A DNA stretch of 64,000 bases from Cycas panzhihuaensis (GCA_023213395.1 CM041465.1:141181741-141245740), one strand, 5' to 3'. Counted from the stretch's first letter, positions 25,601-40,400 are shown. The notes: generated by a model from the letters alone, not told the origin. Program-made: numbers and translations.

Positions 25601-28600
25601 TTTGATGGGAATCACTCTCTATGCTATTTTTCCAATAAGCATACCTCACAAATATATCTATTTATCCTGATGCTTATAAGTTCATATATCATATATAGCT
25701 TAGACATGAGATTTACGCTCTGCATATTTAGGTGACCAAGGCATCGATGTCATAGTTAGTCCTTAGTACTATTGGAGGTGGTTTTCACTTTTGAGTATGA
25801 ACATTCACCTTAATCTTAGTCAAGGGGTAGCTCTTCAACTATGATTGCTTTCTCTTTATTAAGGTGATTGCTATGTGCTATGGAACAAGATTCTTATGGT
25901 GGAATAGTGGGGAGGGGAACCCCATCAAGTTTGTAAATATCTAAGTTTCACTTGTCAATTTGGTTGATAGAGAGCAAGTTCATCTTCATGCTTGGAACTA
26001 GGAAAATATTATTTATGTGATGCCAGAGTTTAGAGTTTTCTAATGCAATGGGAGCCCTTCTAAGTTTAGTCACATCATAGGTGAGGTTATCTCCAAATAT
26101 GATAGTTTGAGCTCTAATTAGATAAGTCTCTTCTAGTAAGTCTTCAGTTCTAGTCATATGATGTGTGGCACTAAAATATAGTAACCAAGAATTATCATCA
26201 TGTTAGGATGAAAAATCTACAAAAAATAAGTTTTAGGATGAGGGTTGAGAATTAGCTACATCACCTCACTATTGTATATTTTGGTTGTTCCTTAAGTTTC
26301 TTAGTTAGGACCTTTACCTCTTTATTTGGCGATGGTTCTGGTTCTATCTCTAATTCTAATTTTATTTGAAGTATTGGCCTACCTATTGAAAAGTTGGTCC
26401 TCCTTATGTAAATTTAGGACCTTTTTATTGAAAGTAAGGGCTACCTAATTATCCCCCTTAGTTTTTAAGCATCTAGAAATTAATTTATCTTCTCTTAAAG
26501 TCAGTAGTAAGGTGCCTATTTTTTCCACAATACATGCATATGACATTTTATATATATTATTGATTCCTTAGTGGTTAAGATTATTATGGCTATTAAGGTT
26601 GTTGAGACTATTAAGAAGAAGTACCGACCTATTGAAACTATGGTTACTAATATATTAGCTACTAACTTGGCTATTATGAGATGTTTAAGGAGCTAAACTA
26701 ATGAATAAGGGTTTGCAGATGACTTGGTTATTAATTTCGCTATTGAGGGGGCTTATTCCCTCTTAAATTCCCAGTTACAAATGTAAGAGTAGAGTCAGAG
26801 GTAGATGTCACTCCTTGGTAATTGAGAATGTTCTCATCCCTGAGTAAGAGTCCTTTAAAAGTATTGAAATCTATTTTAGTAAAGGTATCATAGAGTCTAG
26901 AGACAAAGTTATTATATTCTATCAGAAGGATTTGAGGATGTTAGACATAAGGTCATGATATAAAGTATCAGTTAGGTGGGCTATGATAGTTCTAATAAAA
27001 GGTATGCTAAATAGGTTTGCTTTTAAAGTTAAGGATCTAAAGTTATCCTTCCTTTCACAAAGGGTACCAATGATGCTCTATGATTCATAGAAGGTTTGGG
27101 TTATTTTAATATTTTAATCTTCTTAGTCTTCTATAGCTAAGTGGAGAAATAAAAGGGCTATATTATCCTTAGTTTTAAAATTGGCTAAGGCAATTGGATT
27201 AAATAGAATTTCAATGGTGGGATCATTTGGATCCTTAGTAGATTTGGGTAGAGATATGTCACCATTGATACCTAATAATTATTTATAATAAGAAGATTTT
27301 TAACTTATTTCTTCTAAATTAAATAGTCATTCGTACCATTAAGTTTAATGGTATTAGATAAAAGCATTTGGATTGCCATTTTGGTATGTCCTTTAGTGTT
27401 TTTTAGTATTTTTTTATATCATATCTACCTAGTAGAGCTACTAAACTAGAATGCTAAGTTTAGAGGGGTCTCTAGAAAGCCCTTAGTTACTATTCTGTCT
27501 AGTGGTGTTTGCCTACAAGTTGTCAATTAGGGACATTATATACTAATACATGAGCTCTAGGCTCTATATACCTTAGTACGTATGCTACTGAGAAGGTCAA
27601 AGACCCCCCTAACTTGTTAGTCTACCTATGCCAGACTTATGCATAATGATAGATCCAGTTGAGAACTACAAATCAAGGCACTTACCTTTTTTGGGTCTAG
27701 CCTAATCTCCAAATACTAAGGTAGGGTTTACACCTTAGCATGCTATTTAATACATCTAATATCTATAGAATCTAAGAAAATCCAATGACGTGTATAGAGT
27801 GGTAACTTAAAGGGTCCTAATCGTTCCCCTTGCAAGGCTGGTAAAGTTTTCTTGTAGATCAGGACTTATATTTCTTAATGTTTTAGGTTGAAATTGATTT
27901 TTAAAATGTGATTTTATTTATAGAAAATGTTTTTTTTATAAAATAAAAATAAGGAGACTAAAAAAGAAATAAGAGGATTAGGATGATCTTTTAATAGACT
28001 TTACTCCAAGTGAAGAACAACCTCCTTCATATAAGAAGGACACCTACAACCACAAAGTACAAGTACTTGTTAGCAAAAAAATAAGATAACATAATATATT
28101 AGATCATGAAAACAACATTTGGCAACAAAAGATCCTTTACAAACTAAGAGATAAGCCTCCAATTAGTGATATAAGACTTATAATTACTTAATAAAGAAGG
28201 TCAATTTTAATAACTTATAACTCCTTAGAAAATTACTCAAATTTGGTTGGAATTGGTTCTAATCTAGAGAGCTCTAAACTAGGATTACAATGGTTCAGAC
28301 AATGCACAAATCTAACTTCCTATTAAGGAGATATTATAAAAGCAGTGTTAGGTACTCCTTATGGGCAAGAAACTAGGTTGGGATGGCTTAAGCCCCATTC
28401 ACTAATAAGTCTTCGGTCTTAATAGGCCTATATAGGACCACCCAATAGGCTGCAAAGGGGCTAGCAGACTTGAAAAAGATTTAAATATGAAACAATATTT
28501 TCGATTTTATAATAATTATAAAAAAGAGCTTAAAATTTTTGAAATGTACCCTTTTTGAAAAAGAAACCACAGCCACATGAGGTGAACAATGTGATCACTA

Positions 28601-29719
28601 GATAGAGCAAGGCTCCTATGTGAATCTAAAATTGATTTTAATCAAATTAAGTATAATCTAAATTATAGAAAAAATAAAAATTAAAATAATTTTAACTTTC
28701 TATGGCTGTGTGTGAATTTTTTTGGATTGCGGTGAACTAGATCAAAGATGACACAATTGAATCAAGTTATTTATATATCAATCTGCTCCCCGATCATAAA
28801 GAGGACGCCTATAAGAGTAGAGGGGAGATTTAACCTGATCATCAAACTCATATGAGATCGAATGGTGCATCAAAGGGTTAAAAGAGGGTGAATAAAAAGC
28901 AACAGTAATTAGGGTTAATACCATTAATGAACTCATTTTAAGTAATAAAATGTATGATTATACTACACTATAGAGGGATGCATAGTAGTCTCACTCTCAA
29001 TTGCAGTGATTATGAGATCAGACAATCATGATGAGCAGTGTTGATGGCTTGACAAATTTGGGATGATAAATGATGAGACATTTCTCATAAATGGTCAATG
29101 TTTCTTTGAGAGTGATATCAAAGCTAAGACTGGAGACTATTCATGGATAATAGGACAACACCCAAAGATTGGTTTTCTCATGAACACTCCCTATAGATCA
29201 TTAGATGGACTAAAAACAATTGAAAATGAGTGAAAAATAAGGAAATAGAGGTGAATGAGATGTTATTAACAAATAAGTCATCATTTCTTAGTTAAACACA
29301 TAATAAACTAAATAACATGCATATTAGAGGTTCTGATACTATGTCAAATTCATCAACACGATCATATAGCAATGTACATTCAAATATAAATTAAAAAAAT
29401 AGAGATCTAATACTACAATAATGAAAATTAGTTGTAAAATAGTGTGATCATCAAATTGGTTGAACAATCATGTCTAATTTTGGTAAAGTTTCCATATATA
29501 AAAACTTTCAATGTACAAAGCATAGGGTTGTACTTAATTTATAAGCATGCAAACCTGAAATATGAAAATATAATTAACCGACATATCAACAAAGTGGGTA
29601 GACTCGACCAATTTAATAGACACAATAAAATTTACAAAGGGGCTACCCTAATGTTATATTGAATACAAAGTATATGATACATAAATATTACAATGAAAGT
29701 GTCATTATTAATTTTAACA
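22630..29719 (-). mobile_element. Full-length but decayed Ty1/copia element D (LTRs 29342-29719 and 22630-23008; gag-pol ~27379-23040; ~2-kb leader) inserted in the gypsy RT
   Basis: ~379-bp diverged direct repeats TGTCAAATTCATCAAC...TTTTAACA; PBS rc 29329-29341; PPT rc 23009-23018; TSD TTAAA/CTAAA; integrase ORF 24931-25242 (HLRIFGC, KKLDDKS...FLGY...KAYKVYD); RT IYMDDL at ~23950-23970; RNaseH KHIKV.HHFI at ~23165-23195. Confidence 0.92.
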
Positions 29720-32700
29720 CTAAAATCTATTTTAGGTATACCTTCTTCTTTAATTCTAATTTAATGGTAATATGATCTTAAATGTATTTTAGAAAAATAT
29801 TTAGTATCATTTAATTGATCTAAAAAATCATCAATTTTCAGAAATGGATTTTTATTTTTTATTATTAATTTGTTTAATTATTAGTAGTCAATACATAACC
29901 TTAAGGTGTCATCTTTCTTTCTAATGAATAAAATTAATGCTTTACATGGATCAATATTGGGTCTAATCTCATCCTATTCTATTAGTTCTTGTAGTTGTAT
30001 TCTACGCTCAGTTAATTCTACAATGGATTATTGATATAGAGCTCTCGATACTAGTTCTGGTCTAAGTATGGGATCTATTATTTATTTCATAACAATTTTT
30101 AGGGATAACTCTTTAATTTCTAAAGGGAATACATCCTTGAATTCTTTAAAAATTATTTGACCAATAGGATTATTACTATATATTTAGGTGTTTTTTATTA
30201 CCAATGTGAAAAAATATTTACATCCTTTATACACACATCTTTTAATCTATATTATAGAAAGGGTGTGCAATTGTGTGGATCACTCTTTCCCTTGAATAAT
30301 CCCAAATCCATCAAGATGATTGATTACTATAACTTATTTCTTGTGGTAACCAACATAAGCATTGTTGGATCCTAATTAAACCATATATATTATAGTGTCG
30401 TGGTCTCTTAGATCTTATAATTAAGAATCCTCAATTGTTTGATAACCATTTATTTATAATCTTAATTCCTCTAAAATAGATTCAATTTACCTAAGTATTT
30501 CATTATCATCTAACTCTACCGAAGAGGGTTCTATTTTATGCATGTTAAATTTAATTCTTTTACTAATTTTGGTAAAAGAATGTTAGATCTACTTCCAGAG
30601 TCTATCAAGGCGATAAAAGATTATTCATTTATTTTTCTCTTAACTTGTAACAAAGATAATTATATGTGTATGTTGTTTGACTCAATGGCAATTGAATGTG
30701 CATATTAGGTTGACATTATATTAGGTCTTTTATAGTTAGGTTTCTTTTTCTCTATGCATGTTTTGAAGTTAAAGACATCTTTTATCAAATGCACTTCTCC
30801 ACATTCCCAACATTTAATAGTTCTTGATTAGCCTTCCTAATTATAATCTTGTTTATTTAACTGTCCTAAAGCTTTCTTGAATAAACTTTAACAGGTATAA
30901 CTTTTCTTTATAATAATATTATTATAGCTATTTATTTTTCTTTGATGGAAGGATTTCTTTTATGCCAGATGGTACCACCGATATAAGTGCATTCTTGTTC
31001 ATGTGACCATTCTTTTCTTTTTCCTTCACCTAGTTTTTATTCTTTATACCTTTTAATAAATGTGGCTAGTTCATCTACAAAATCAAGATTTTCACCACAA
31101 ATGCTAGTATAACATTCTCAGTTAAGCCCATTTATAAATCTTATTAGTCTATCTTTACCTTGGGCAAAGGGTCTAAATCTATTCAAGGTTTTAAAGTGTC
31201 CTTTATATTTCCTTATATCAAGGCTTCTCTGCTTTAAATCATAAAACTCATTTAATTTATTTTGGAGGAAGTTTTCAAAAATAAATTTATTGTAGAATAT
31301 CTTCTTAAATTTATTCCATAGGACTAACTCAGTCTTTATCTTATGACTTTGAAGTACATCTTACCACTAGGTGAGTGTAAGTCTTTTCAATTAATATATG
31401 ATTATTCTAGTTTTGTTATTATGGTTTAATTTTTAAGACTCAAAATGCCTCTCCATGTTGTCCAACCAATCTTTTGCCTCTTCTCCAGTGCCTCTTTTCC
31501 CTTCATATTCTATAAGTTCCAATTTTCTATTATATCAATCTCCTTCTATTACCTTTTTCTTCCTTTTATAGTGAGAAATTGCATTTGATTACGAGGCTAT
31601 TACATTAAGGTTTAAAAGATTCTTAGTAGTAGATGTTGTTTTTGTACTCATAGAACTTCCATCTAATTTATCTCTTCTTATGTTCCCTTTATTATTTCTT
31701 TTACTTTTATCCTTATATTTTCATGTTTTGTTTTCTATTTTATGCATCTCCTATATGCTTTTATTTTTATATTTCTTATTGTTTTATCTTGAGGATTCAC
31801 CCTTACTTTCTTTACTTCTTAATGTGGATTCTTCCATTTTTTCTCTTAGTGATTCTTATTTACCCTAGGAATGTTACTTGTTTGTCATGTCTATTGGAAT
31901 TAGGAATGTAACCATCATATCAAACCCTAATAGTAAGTAATAAAAAGATGAAGTATGTACAAAATAGATACCATGCAGGAGAATTGGCTAAAACTTAATT
32001 ATGAACAAATAAGAGTACATACTTATAGTACAAGCTCACCACTAGTGAGAGAACCCTATTGGACTACTTAGAGGTGGCACACATATCAAGGTGACCCACA
32101 ACTCTAATACAAAATACAAAAAATAGAGAGAGTTTACATAGAGTTAATGTAATTAGGTATTACACCCAACATTCCCCCCTGTAATAGTCAATTACATAAA
32201 TATCGCCACATCAAATGATAGATCAAGTCTTTAAAAGTCTGTTGGATCACAAATGCTACTACGTAGAATAAGAAAGTTGCCAAAATCCATATGAAGTGGA
32301 GTCCATCTACCAAAATGCATAGGTCATCAGCCACTGCAACCGCCAGTTGGGTAGGAACTCCCTTTGTGTACGTGGATCATTCAGGAGCTAGCAAGAGTAG
32401 TTGAATAAGGTCCTACCCCTTACTCATATGGGAGTGCAAGTAAAAAAAAATATATAGAAGGCACATGGCGCACGACACATGGCAGGTAAGAGTAGCTTCT
32501 AAAAGTGTGTCCTACCTCTTGCTCAATAGGACTAACACTTCTTCAGCATCTAATGGTCAAAAATACAATGACACTATGTCCTCAAACATGCCACATGGGC
32601 TAAAAGACACCTCATTGGGCTAACAACTTACCACTATGGGCAAAATAACCAGCATTAAAAGTTCTTACATGACTGAAAAAATGATATGTGACTTATGTAG

Positions 32701-33758
32701 CACATATGACTCTCTCTCATAAATGAAGTACAATATGATCATAATGGGTTCTTTAGGAGCTAAAAATAAATTCATGGTACATGATATCCCCCACATTTTC
32801 AGTACATTACATCTAAAAATACAATATGTGCCTATAGAAGCTAAGAAAAAATGAAGACAAATAGTAACTTATGACTTTGAATGAAAAAAACTCTATGAAA
32901 ATAGCTCCAAAAAGTATCAAATTACCCGCCAAATTAAAGGTCTCTTTGCTACGAATCCAACGCAATAGATGGGACTGAAAAAGGACCTCCCAATCTTAAG
33001 ATATAGCCCAAATAGTGACTAGTACTCTAGAAAATGACAAAATTGGAGACTAACCCCCTCCATGAACTAGTTGTAGGTCACATTAAGTCTCCATATGACC
33101 TAGGGCTGAAGTGATGAGGAGCTGACAGACTCAAAATCATTATATAATATAATTTAACTAATTTTTCAAAACTAAAAAAACTAAACCCCCTTTTATAATG
33201 AATTCACATCCGCGAATAATTAAAAATGCATCTAAAATAAAATATTAATCAAATCATAAGTGAACCCTATTAGGGTTCATCCACCAAAAAATTATTTAGG
33301 TTTCTTTGTGCAAGGGTTGCTGCCATGATTATCGAGTTGTAGGTTCGCCATTGCATCATCGTGATTGCAAGGGTACAGATCGTTCGTCTCTTCATTGTTG
33401 TGCAGGTCATTGTCATATATGCTAAGCTCCAATGCTCTGTTCTTCCCAGAAAATACATACTCATGTCAAAAATAGAGGATTGTTGTTGATGCAGGTCAAA
33501 AGCATAGAGTGATCACCATGGATTGAGCAAGTTAGTCCATCATATCTACGTCACCACTGTGTGTAGAACCGCCATTGTCTGCGAAGTGATTGTGGGTTTT
33601 ACCATTGCCGCACAGGAAGTCATCGACATTGTGTTTGTAGGTTTGAAGCAATGGTCACAGCTTCAGTTTCTCAAGGTCATTGGCTCGAACCCCAAGAAAT
33701 GAATCTATCATGTTTAGTTTGCTCCATGAATGGCATCTGTGTCTCTAATTATAGCCTT

Positions 33759-33835
33759 ACCACAGAAATCAAGACTCGCAGTCACACTAGGAGAGACATT
33801 TCTATTCTCCAACGATGGGAAACTACATGCGTATA
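33759..33835 (-). pseudogene. DPB2: Captured DNA polymerase epsilon subunit B fragment (mid-protein) in copy C
   Basis: Translates YACSFPSLENRNVSPSVTASLDFCG, vs plant DPB2 pattern .TCGFPPLEDR......AG.DFFG. Confidence 0.65.
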
Positions 33836-33840
33836 TCACC

Positions 33841-33987
33841 ATTTGCAAAAGACCTAAGATTGAAGCATGTGACCCTTATGTACTTGAATATTTTCTTCTT
33901 AAATTTATCTAGTAGTATTATCGTATGAGGTGTGGGATACAACCGTGGACAGTGATCATAATTCTAAATGACAGGTTACACCGTTAA
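33841..33987 (-). pseudogene. DPB2: Captured DNA polymerase epsilon subunit B fragment (C-terminal) in copy C
   Basis: Translates LTV*PVI*NYDHCPRLYPTPHTIILLDKFKKKIFKYIRVTCFNLRSFAN, vs plant DPB2 L.VQPIIWNYDH.LRLYPTPHTIVLGDKSEQKAFKYTGITCFNPGSFS. Confidence 0.9.
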
Positions 33988-34021
33988 GTTCACATAATGC
34001 TCATTTAGATATGTCAATACG

Positions 34022-34138
34022 ATAGTTCACATTACCTACTTTCAAAATCTCTCCTATATTCTTCAGAACTTGTTTAATGTGCTCCTCCACACTCTTTGAG
34101 ATAAATTTTCTAGTCTCAAGAACAAGACCCATTATGCC
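34022..34138 (-). pseudogene. RIDA: Captured RidA (YjgF/YER057c/UK114 reactive intermediate deaminase) fragment in copy C
   Basis: Part of ORF 34001-34207: GIMGLVLETRKFISKSVEEHIKQVLKNIGEILKVGNVNY, vs plant RidA [39 protein letters not shown]. Confidence 0.88.
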
Positions 34139-36439
34139 CCTGTAATAGAAGATGACATATGCCAGAACATGCATGTATGACTTTTTTAGGAAACAGGAGA
34201 GTCCCATATAGAAGTATGCACTGCAACATTTCAGTGGTAGGAGATAGATCTAGGAGATGAAAAGAGTAGATACAATGGTAGCTCAATAATAAAATTTGGC
34301 AGATCTCCCATTTTTTCTTTTGGAAATACATAAGAATATAGGCCACATTTTGAAGGTCTTAAATATAGATTTTTTTTATTTTATTTTTTAAATACAATAA
34401 ATCACAAAGAGAGTATATATTAGCATATGAATATAGAACCTTTATCCACGTGTAGATCTGTAAAAAAAAAATTGAAATAGAGTCGCTCTTGGCCAAGAAG
34501 GACTCTCTCAACTACTGTCAATGATCCTGGTTACATTCTTGTCCACTGACGTGCAATAGAGATGGTCTTCTAGTAGTTGGAATCTAAACATAAGATTTTG
34601 TGGACTTTCACCAGCATGCAATATTATTATGGCGCCACATGCAAGGAAGATATCCACTTGAGTAGCTTCAACAGGCTTCAAATATCTTCAAAAACTTCAA
34701 AATGGGCTTGAAAACAACCTCTCATCATCATCAAAATAGCCCTTCAAAACTTGATAATAGTCCCATAACAAAATATGCATAAGATGTAACTTGAAATGAT
34801 ATTCAACTTGACAAAGTCACCAAACAGGTACATAAAAAAAAATTACAAGGCTTGAAATCTCAAAAAACAAGGATAACATGTACTAGGGTTTGTAAGAAAT
34901 GTCTCTAAAAATTGAACCTTGAGCTCCGATACCATGTTAGAATTAGGAATGTAACAATTATATCAAACCCTAATGGTGAGTAACAAAAAGATGAAGTATG
35001 TATAAAATTGACACCATTTTAGAGAATTGGCCAAAACTCAATTATAAACAAATAAGAGTACATACTTATAGTACAAGCTCACCATGAGTGAGAGAACCCC
35101 ATTAGACTACTTAGAGGTAGAACACATATCAAGGTGGCCCACAACTCTAATAAAAAATACCAAAAATCGAGAGAGTTTACATAGGTTTAATGTAATTGGG
35201 TATTACTCCCAATAATGCCTTTCTTTTCATGTTCTAACTTATGTCTTATCTTAGTTATCTTTGCCATCATTCTTTATAATCTCTTTTCAAGGGTTTGATT
35301 TTTTTGTCATTCTGGCTAAGTCATGGTCATTACTCATATCGATTGGATTAGTTGATAGTTGACATATGTTTACAAGCTATTACGTTAATTCATAAATAAA
35401 TGGTATATGGTTAAAAATAAGATGTACTGAGATATTAATATAATAAGGAATTTATGAATCAAGGTTAAGGAACCTCTCTAAACATGGTCATTTAGAAAGA
35501 GAGGAAGGAAGAGGTTATTCTCCTTAGGGTGTTGGAGTTCTAACCTTAGCAAAGTTGTAAATGCTAGTTCATTTCTCTTCAACAAGCTTTCAAAAGAATA
35601 TGTTTCTACCTAGTGAAATTATCTAGAGGAAGGTAGATTTAAGGAAACATATATTATCACTTTTTCTTTCTAACTATTAACAAAAACAATATAGTAGTAG
35701 TGTAAATATTAGCCTCAAAAGAGATTTCAAAATATAGCACACTTAATTATTAATGACCTTGAGGGTATGTAAAACAACTTAGGGGGTTATGGGAAATGAT
35801 GCTCCTCAACCTCCTTCCCCCATCTTTTTAAAATTATTTATAGAGTTTTAACTACCCATGACTTAGCTAAATATGATAACTATATGTTTCCATAGAAAAC
35901 AAACATATCTATAAAAAGTAAAACCTAAAACAATCTAAGAAAAAAAAAAAGAAGTATTGGGATACTTAATCTCATTAAAACAATAATGAAAAAGGCAAAA
36001 GAGAATAGAAAATAAACTATGATTTAACTATAATGAGAAATGGACCCTACACCAATATCAAATTTGTAGGAAAAGATAAAGATAACTATTTACAATAATA
36101 GTAGTACATGGTCCTTTCAAATATGATTCAAAAGATGAGATGGATAAGGCCCAATAACTAGCAATAAACTCAAACCATTTAGAGGTATCTTGAATAGTCT
36201 TGTCAAGCCTATAAGGGGAAGACGTATTAAAAGTATATAGGTTCATAAAGAAAATTAAAGTAGTAGACCTTATAGATTAAAGAAGTAGACATAACTAGCA
36301 ATAATGGAAAAGTTATTGAATGAGGGATAAATAGGTTACATAAGGCACTTATATTCCATGGAAGTAGTAATATAAGAAACCAGGAAAACTAAAATAGAGA
36401 TGAAATTATCCTCCATCACATAGACTTTTCCTGTGTAAA

Positions 36440-38340
36440 CATTTAGGTTCTAAAGAATGGTAAGACCCCCTAAGCCTTGATGGCCATCCATGGTAACCAT
36501 CTCCACTCCCTTCCGTACCTTTTTTCTCATTGCTTCCCTATTATCTGCTATCACTTCCCAAATTAGAGCCTTTGCCTTTGCCCAGGTCCTTCTAATCATC
36601 TTGAGACTCTCTCTCCTGTCTTTTCTAGATTTTCTCAATGCAGCCTTACAGCTCAAGACTTTTCAGGGGATGGAGGCTCACTCCTGGCTAATGGACTTCC
36701 CTCTTAGGCTCTAAGTTATCTTCTGCTTCAACCACTTCATGGTTCTGATTGCTTGCTTGGAGATCTACTTCACCTTTCTCTTCCTTCTTACACCCCCCCC
36801 CCCTTTCTTTAATCAAGGTATCCCCCATCTCTAAGTTTAGATCCTTTGCAATCTCCCCCAACTCTTTTAGATTCCTGATGTTACCTCCATCTCTAAGTAT
36901 CTCTTAAGTTTCTAAACGATCCCCTTCTCCATCCTTTTTTGTTTCCCTTAGGCAATTTTGGGGGATGTGGCCAAATCACTTATAAGCTAGACATTTTATA
37001 TTATTAAGCTTGTAAATTACATCTTGATCCTTGTTCCACTCCTCTGCCTTTATCCTCACCTCTCTAGAAGAGGTCTATTGAGTATGGCCAACATGAGGAA
37101 TCTTCCATTAATTAGCCTACTTCTATTTTTCATAGTTGATTCCACAACCAATAGGGGACCTATGGCCTTTTCTACCCCTTTTATCATATTTATGTCCCAA
37201 GCTTGAAGCAGGAAACTAGGTAGTTGAACTTAAAATGACACTTGCTTTGTGGAGGACATGGACAAATCAAAGTTTGGGTGCCACTTTTCCATAATCATAG
37301 CTTTGCTCCTCATAATCCAAGGGGATTTCATTAAGATGTTTATCATATCTTCCTATGTCAAAAATTTAAAGAGGACACGACCTCTAGGGAGGGCGATAAC
37401 CTCCACGGGACTCTTTAATTTCCACGTATTTGATACCAATTTCCTAATTAGGTCTAGTGCCGACCTCGGCCCAGAAAATATCCCCATAAGGTTAAACTCC
37501 CAATATCTTACAGTGCAATCAAACAGCCTCTTATGTATGGGTATTTTAATCTCATCTTCCTCATAAATAGGATTAATATCAAAAGTCTTTGAATCCTTGT
37601 TTCTAAGGTCTTCTAAATAGGTCTTCCCAAAAGAGACATTTGGGGTTTGATTATTAAATTCCTTATCATCCATTTCAAGCATTTTATTCAACACATCCAT
37701 ACGTAAACTTATACAACATATACTTTTGGGAGGAAAAACATCTCACCTAATAAAGTTACTCCTAACTCAAGGTCCTCTCCCTTCTGACTCTATACTTCCA
37801 CCATAACTAGATTCATGAACATTCTTTCTCCCTCTAATAGTTATTTATCCATCCATACACTCCTTGGGGTTGTATCATACTGAGCCCTTTATCCATATTG
37901 CGACTAAGCTAGTGGTCCTTGGCTTGAAAGAGAAAGCACATCAACATGCGGCCACAAAAAAGAGGTGACAACCACACATATAATAACATATATTATTTCC
38001 CATCTATCCATTTCGTTAGAAGCTACACTACATTTGTATTCCCTATCCTTAGCACCCACAGACGCTTTTTGACTCTATAGTATTAGACTAGTATTATGCT
38101 TTAGTATGGGTGGCTCCTTGCATATCGATCTAATATCTAAACGATCCTTACATGGGGAGACTCAACATGAAGAAAGAGCCCTACCCTTGATATCCATTTG
38201 GGGCCTCACCCCCTCCTGTTGGAACTCTATAGAGCCCCCAGATTGGCTCATTGAAACCCTAGTTGCATCTTCCTCTCGCACCTGTCAAAAACTTCTTTTG
38301 TCGATGCACTATTTTTTTGACTCCTCTTACAAAAGGATCA
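36440..38340 (-). mobile_element. Decayed L1-type LINE 5' portion (ORF1 DUF4283-like, internally deleted, start of ORF2 endonuclease)
   Basis: ORF 37353-37700 (YWEFNLMGIF...TWKLKSPVEVIALPRGRVLFKF) homologous to ORF1 of the LINE at 58361-58800; GGLTIL*NL endonuclease remnant at 36440-36480. Ends uncertain. Confidence 0.7.
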
Positions 38341-38389
38341 CTTAATAGCATTATAAAGTAAATGATTAAATAATAGAGAAAAATGAATA

Positions 38390-40400
38390 CCCACTTATAA
38401 CAAAGAGATGCTAGCCATAATACATACCATGGAAAAATGATAAAAATATTTTCTAGGTAATAGAGTCATAATTAAAAAGGATCATAGTAACCTTGAATAC
38501 TTATTGCAATAGCTTAAATTATTAGATAGCCAATATAAATAGATAAGTAAGATTTAAATATTTAACTTTGACATTATTTATAAAAATTAATTAAAAAACA
38601 TAATAGCAAATACCGTATCTAGAAAGTAGGATGAAGCATAAATATTAGGCATGATAGTATTATACTAGGCTAGGCAAAAGAAGTTGAAAAACAATAATAG
38701 GATAATTTAAAATCTGCACCAATCATTGTTAAAATTAAATAAGGAATATAAAACCTTAGTTGGGAATATAGGAATGGAATCATTTTTTATAAAGGCTATA
38801 TCTTCATACCATAAGAATCCCTATTTATAAATAAAATATTTCAAAAATTTCATAATGTCCCATCTACATAATATATTAGAAGGGCAAAATATACACCAAC
38901 ATAAAAAACTCCTCACATTATCTAATAATGAAACAAATAATAGAAAAGCATGTCATAGAATTGGACATATGCCAACCTTAAAAAAAAACATCCCATTCCC
39001 ACACATAGTCTACTACAACCACTTTCCAAACCAAATAGCAAATGGTAAGATATATCAATGGACTTCATCATAAGACTTCACATGTCATATGTGCAAGTAG
39101 TAGATAGGCCAACTAAGTATGCTCAGTTCATGGTAAAAAAATAAATAAAGTACATAGGATGTAGAGTTATTCACAAATGACATATATAATTCAAACAAAT
39201 TTCCTAAGAGAATAGTTCAAAATAGGGACCCTAAGTTCACAAACAACTTTTGGAATGAATTCTTTTAAATTATAGGAATAATAGTTAACATGAGTACAAA
39301 CTACTACCCCCAAGAAAATGGTAAATAAAAGCAAAAAATAAATGGCTAAAAGGATACCTTATAAACTATACTACTGATAAATAAAACATATTGAATAAAT
39401 GGCTTCATTTGGTCAAGTTTTGGTATAATGAAACATACCAATTAGTAAATAAATGATACCATTTATGGCTTTTTATAGACACTTCCCTTCATTAATCAAA
39501 GAATGCATAAGCATAGACGGCATGATCCATATAGTGATAGCATCTCTTAAAAAAACATAAAATATAATGAGAGTATTAAGAAGTAAGTTACCAACTACAA
39601 GAAGCAAAATAAAATGAGGTGTTAATCAACATAGAATTGAAAGAACATTTATGGAAGGATAAATTATTTTCATGTGCTTTCAACCGTATAATCAATTGTC
39701 ATTAATAAATGGGGGTAAAAAAAGAAATGTCACATTTTTATGGCCCATTCAAAGTTATAAGAAAGGTTAGTGATATAGCGTACTTTCTTGACTTCTTAAT
39801 AAGGGCTAAATACATAACGTATTTCACATACCTTGCCTTAAAAAAATAGATAATATAAAACCACATGAAACTAAACTATTGATCTTAGGTAAGAAAGGAA
39901 AATTCATCCTTAAGCTAAAAGGCATTCTTGAAATAAAGAAAAATAACTTTGATATAGGGTAATACGGGACTATCTAATTAAATAGAAGTTCCTTCCCATG
40001 AAAGACTCAATAAGGAAATTAGAGGGATTTAACTAAAGTCATTAAAACCTCCCAAAGTATTGAGTGTAAAGATCCTTAAGAGGAGAGGGCATGTAACAAT
40101 TGTAGGAAAGAAGGGTTGGCCTAGCTAAATAAGAGGGCAAGTTGGCTATTTAAAGGCACCACCTAAAGACAATTGATATCATTTTTTGGATATTAGTTCA
40201 TGGGACCAACATTGAAGCTTTGCCACAAGTATGATTTGAAAGAAAGAGTTAGGAAAGTCATTAAGTAGACTTGAGAGCTTTCTAATAGAAAACATCCATT
40301 TGAAATAAAAGAAATAAAAAGGTGAAATTGAATAATTTATTTAAGTAATTACAATTAACAAATAGTACAATGAAAGGTAGAGATCATGGATTAATATATA
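38390..40400 (+). mobile_element. Decayed Ty3/gypsy RNaseH-integrase 3' end, PPT (40081-40090) and start of 3' LTR (TG at 40092)
   Basis: Remnants YNKEMLAI, DHSNLEYL, WLHLVKFWYN, FYGPFKVIRK, VFHIPCLKK; AGGAGAGGGC followed by ATGTAAC. Confidence 0.7.

Larger units (their letters stand above)
31892..35214 (-). mobile_element. Non-autonomous cargo-carrying LTR retroelement, copy C (LTRs 34935-35214 and 31892-32171)
   Basis: 280-bp direct repeats homologous to the LTRs of A and B, roughly 10% diverged by eye; PBS rc 34921-34934; PPT rc TTCCCCCCT 32172-32180; TSD ATGTC/ATGCC; no gag/pol. Confidence 0.93.

Noticed and set aside
32320-32335. CUGAUGA (copy C) / CUGAGGA (copy A, ~15335) as a hammerhead core, i.e. 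a retrozyme
   Set aside because: No downstream GAAA with stems II/III; the young copy B has GUGAUAA here; no hammerhead motif in the LTRs.
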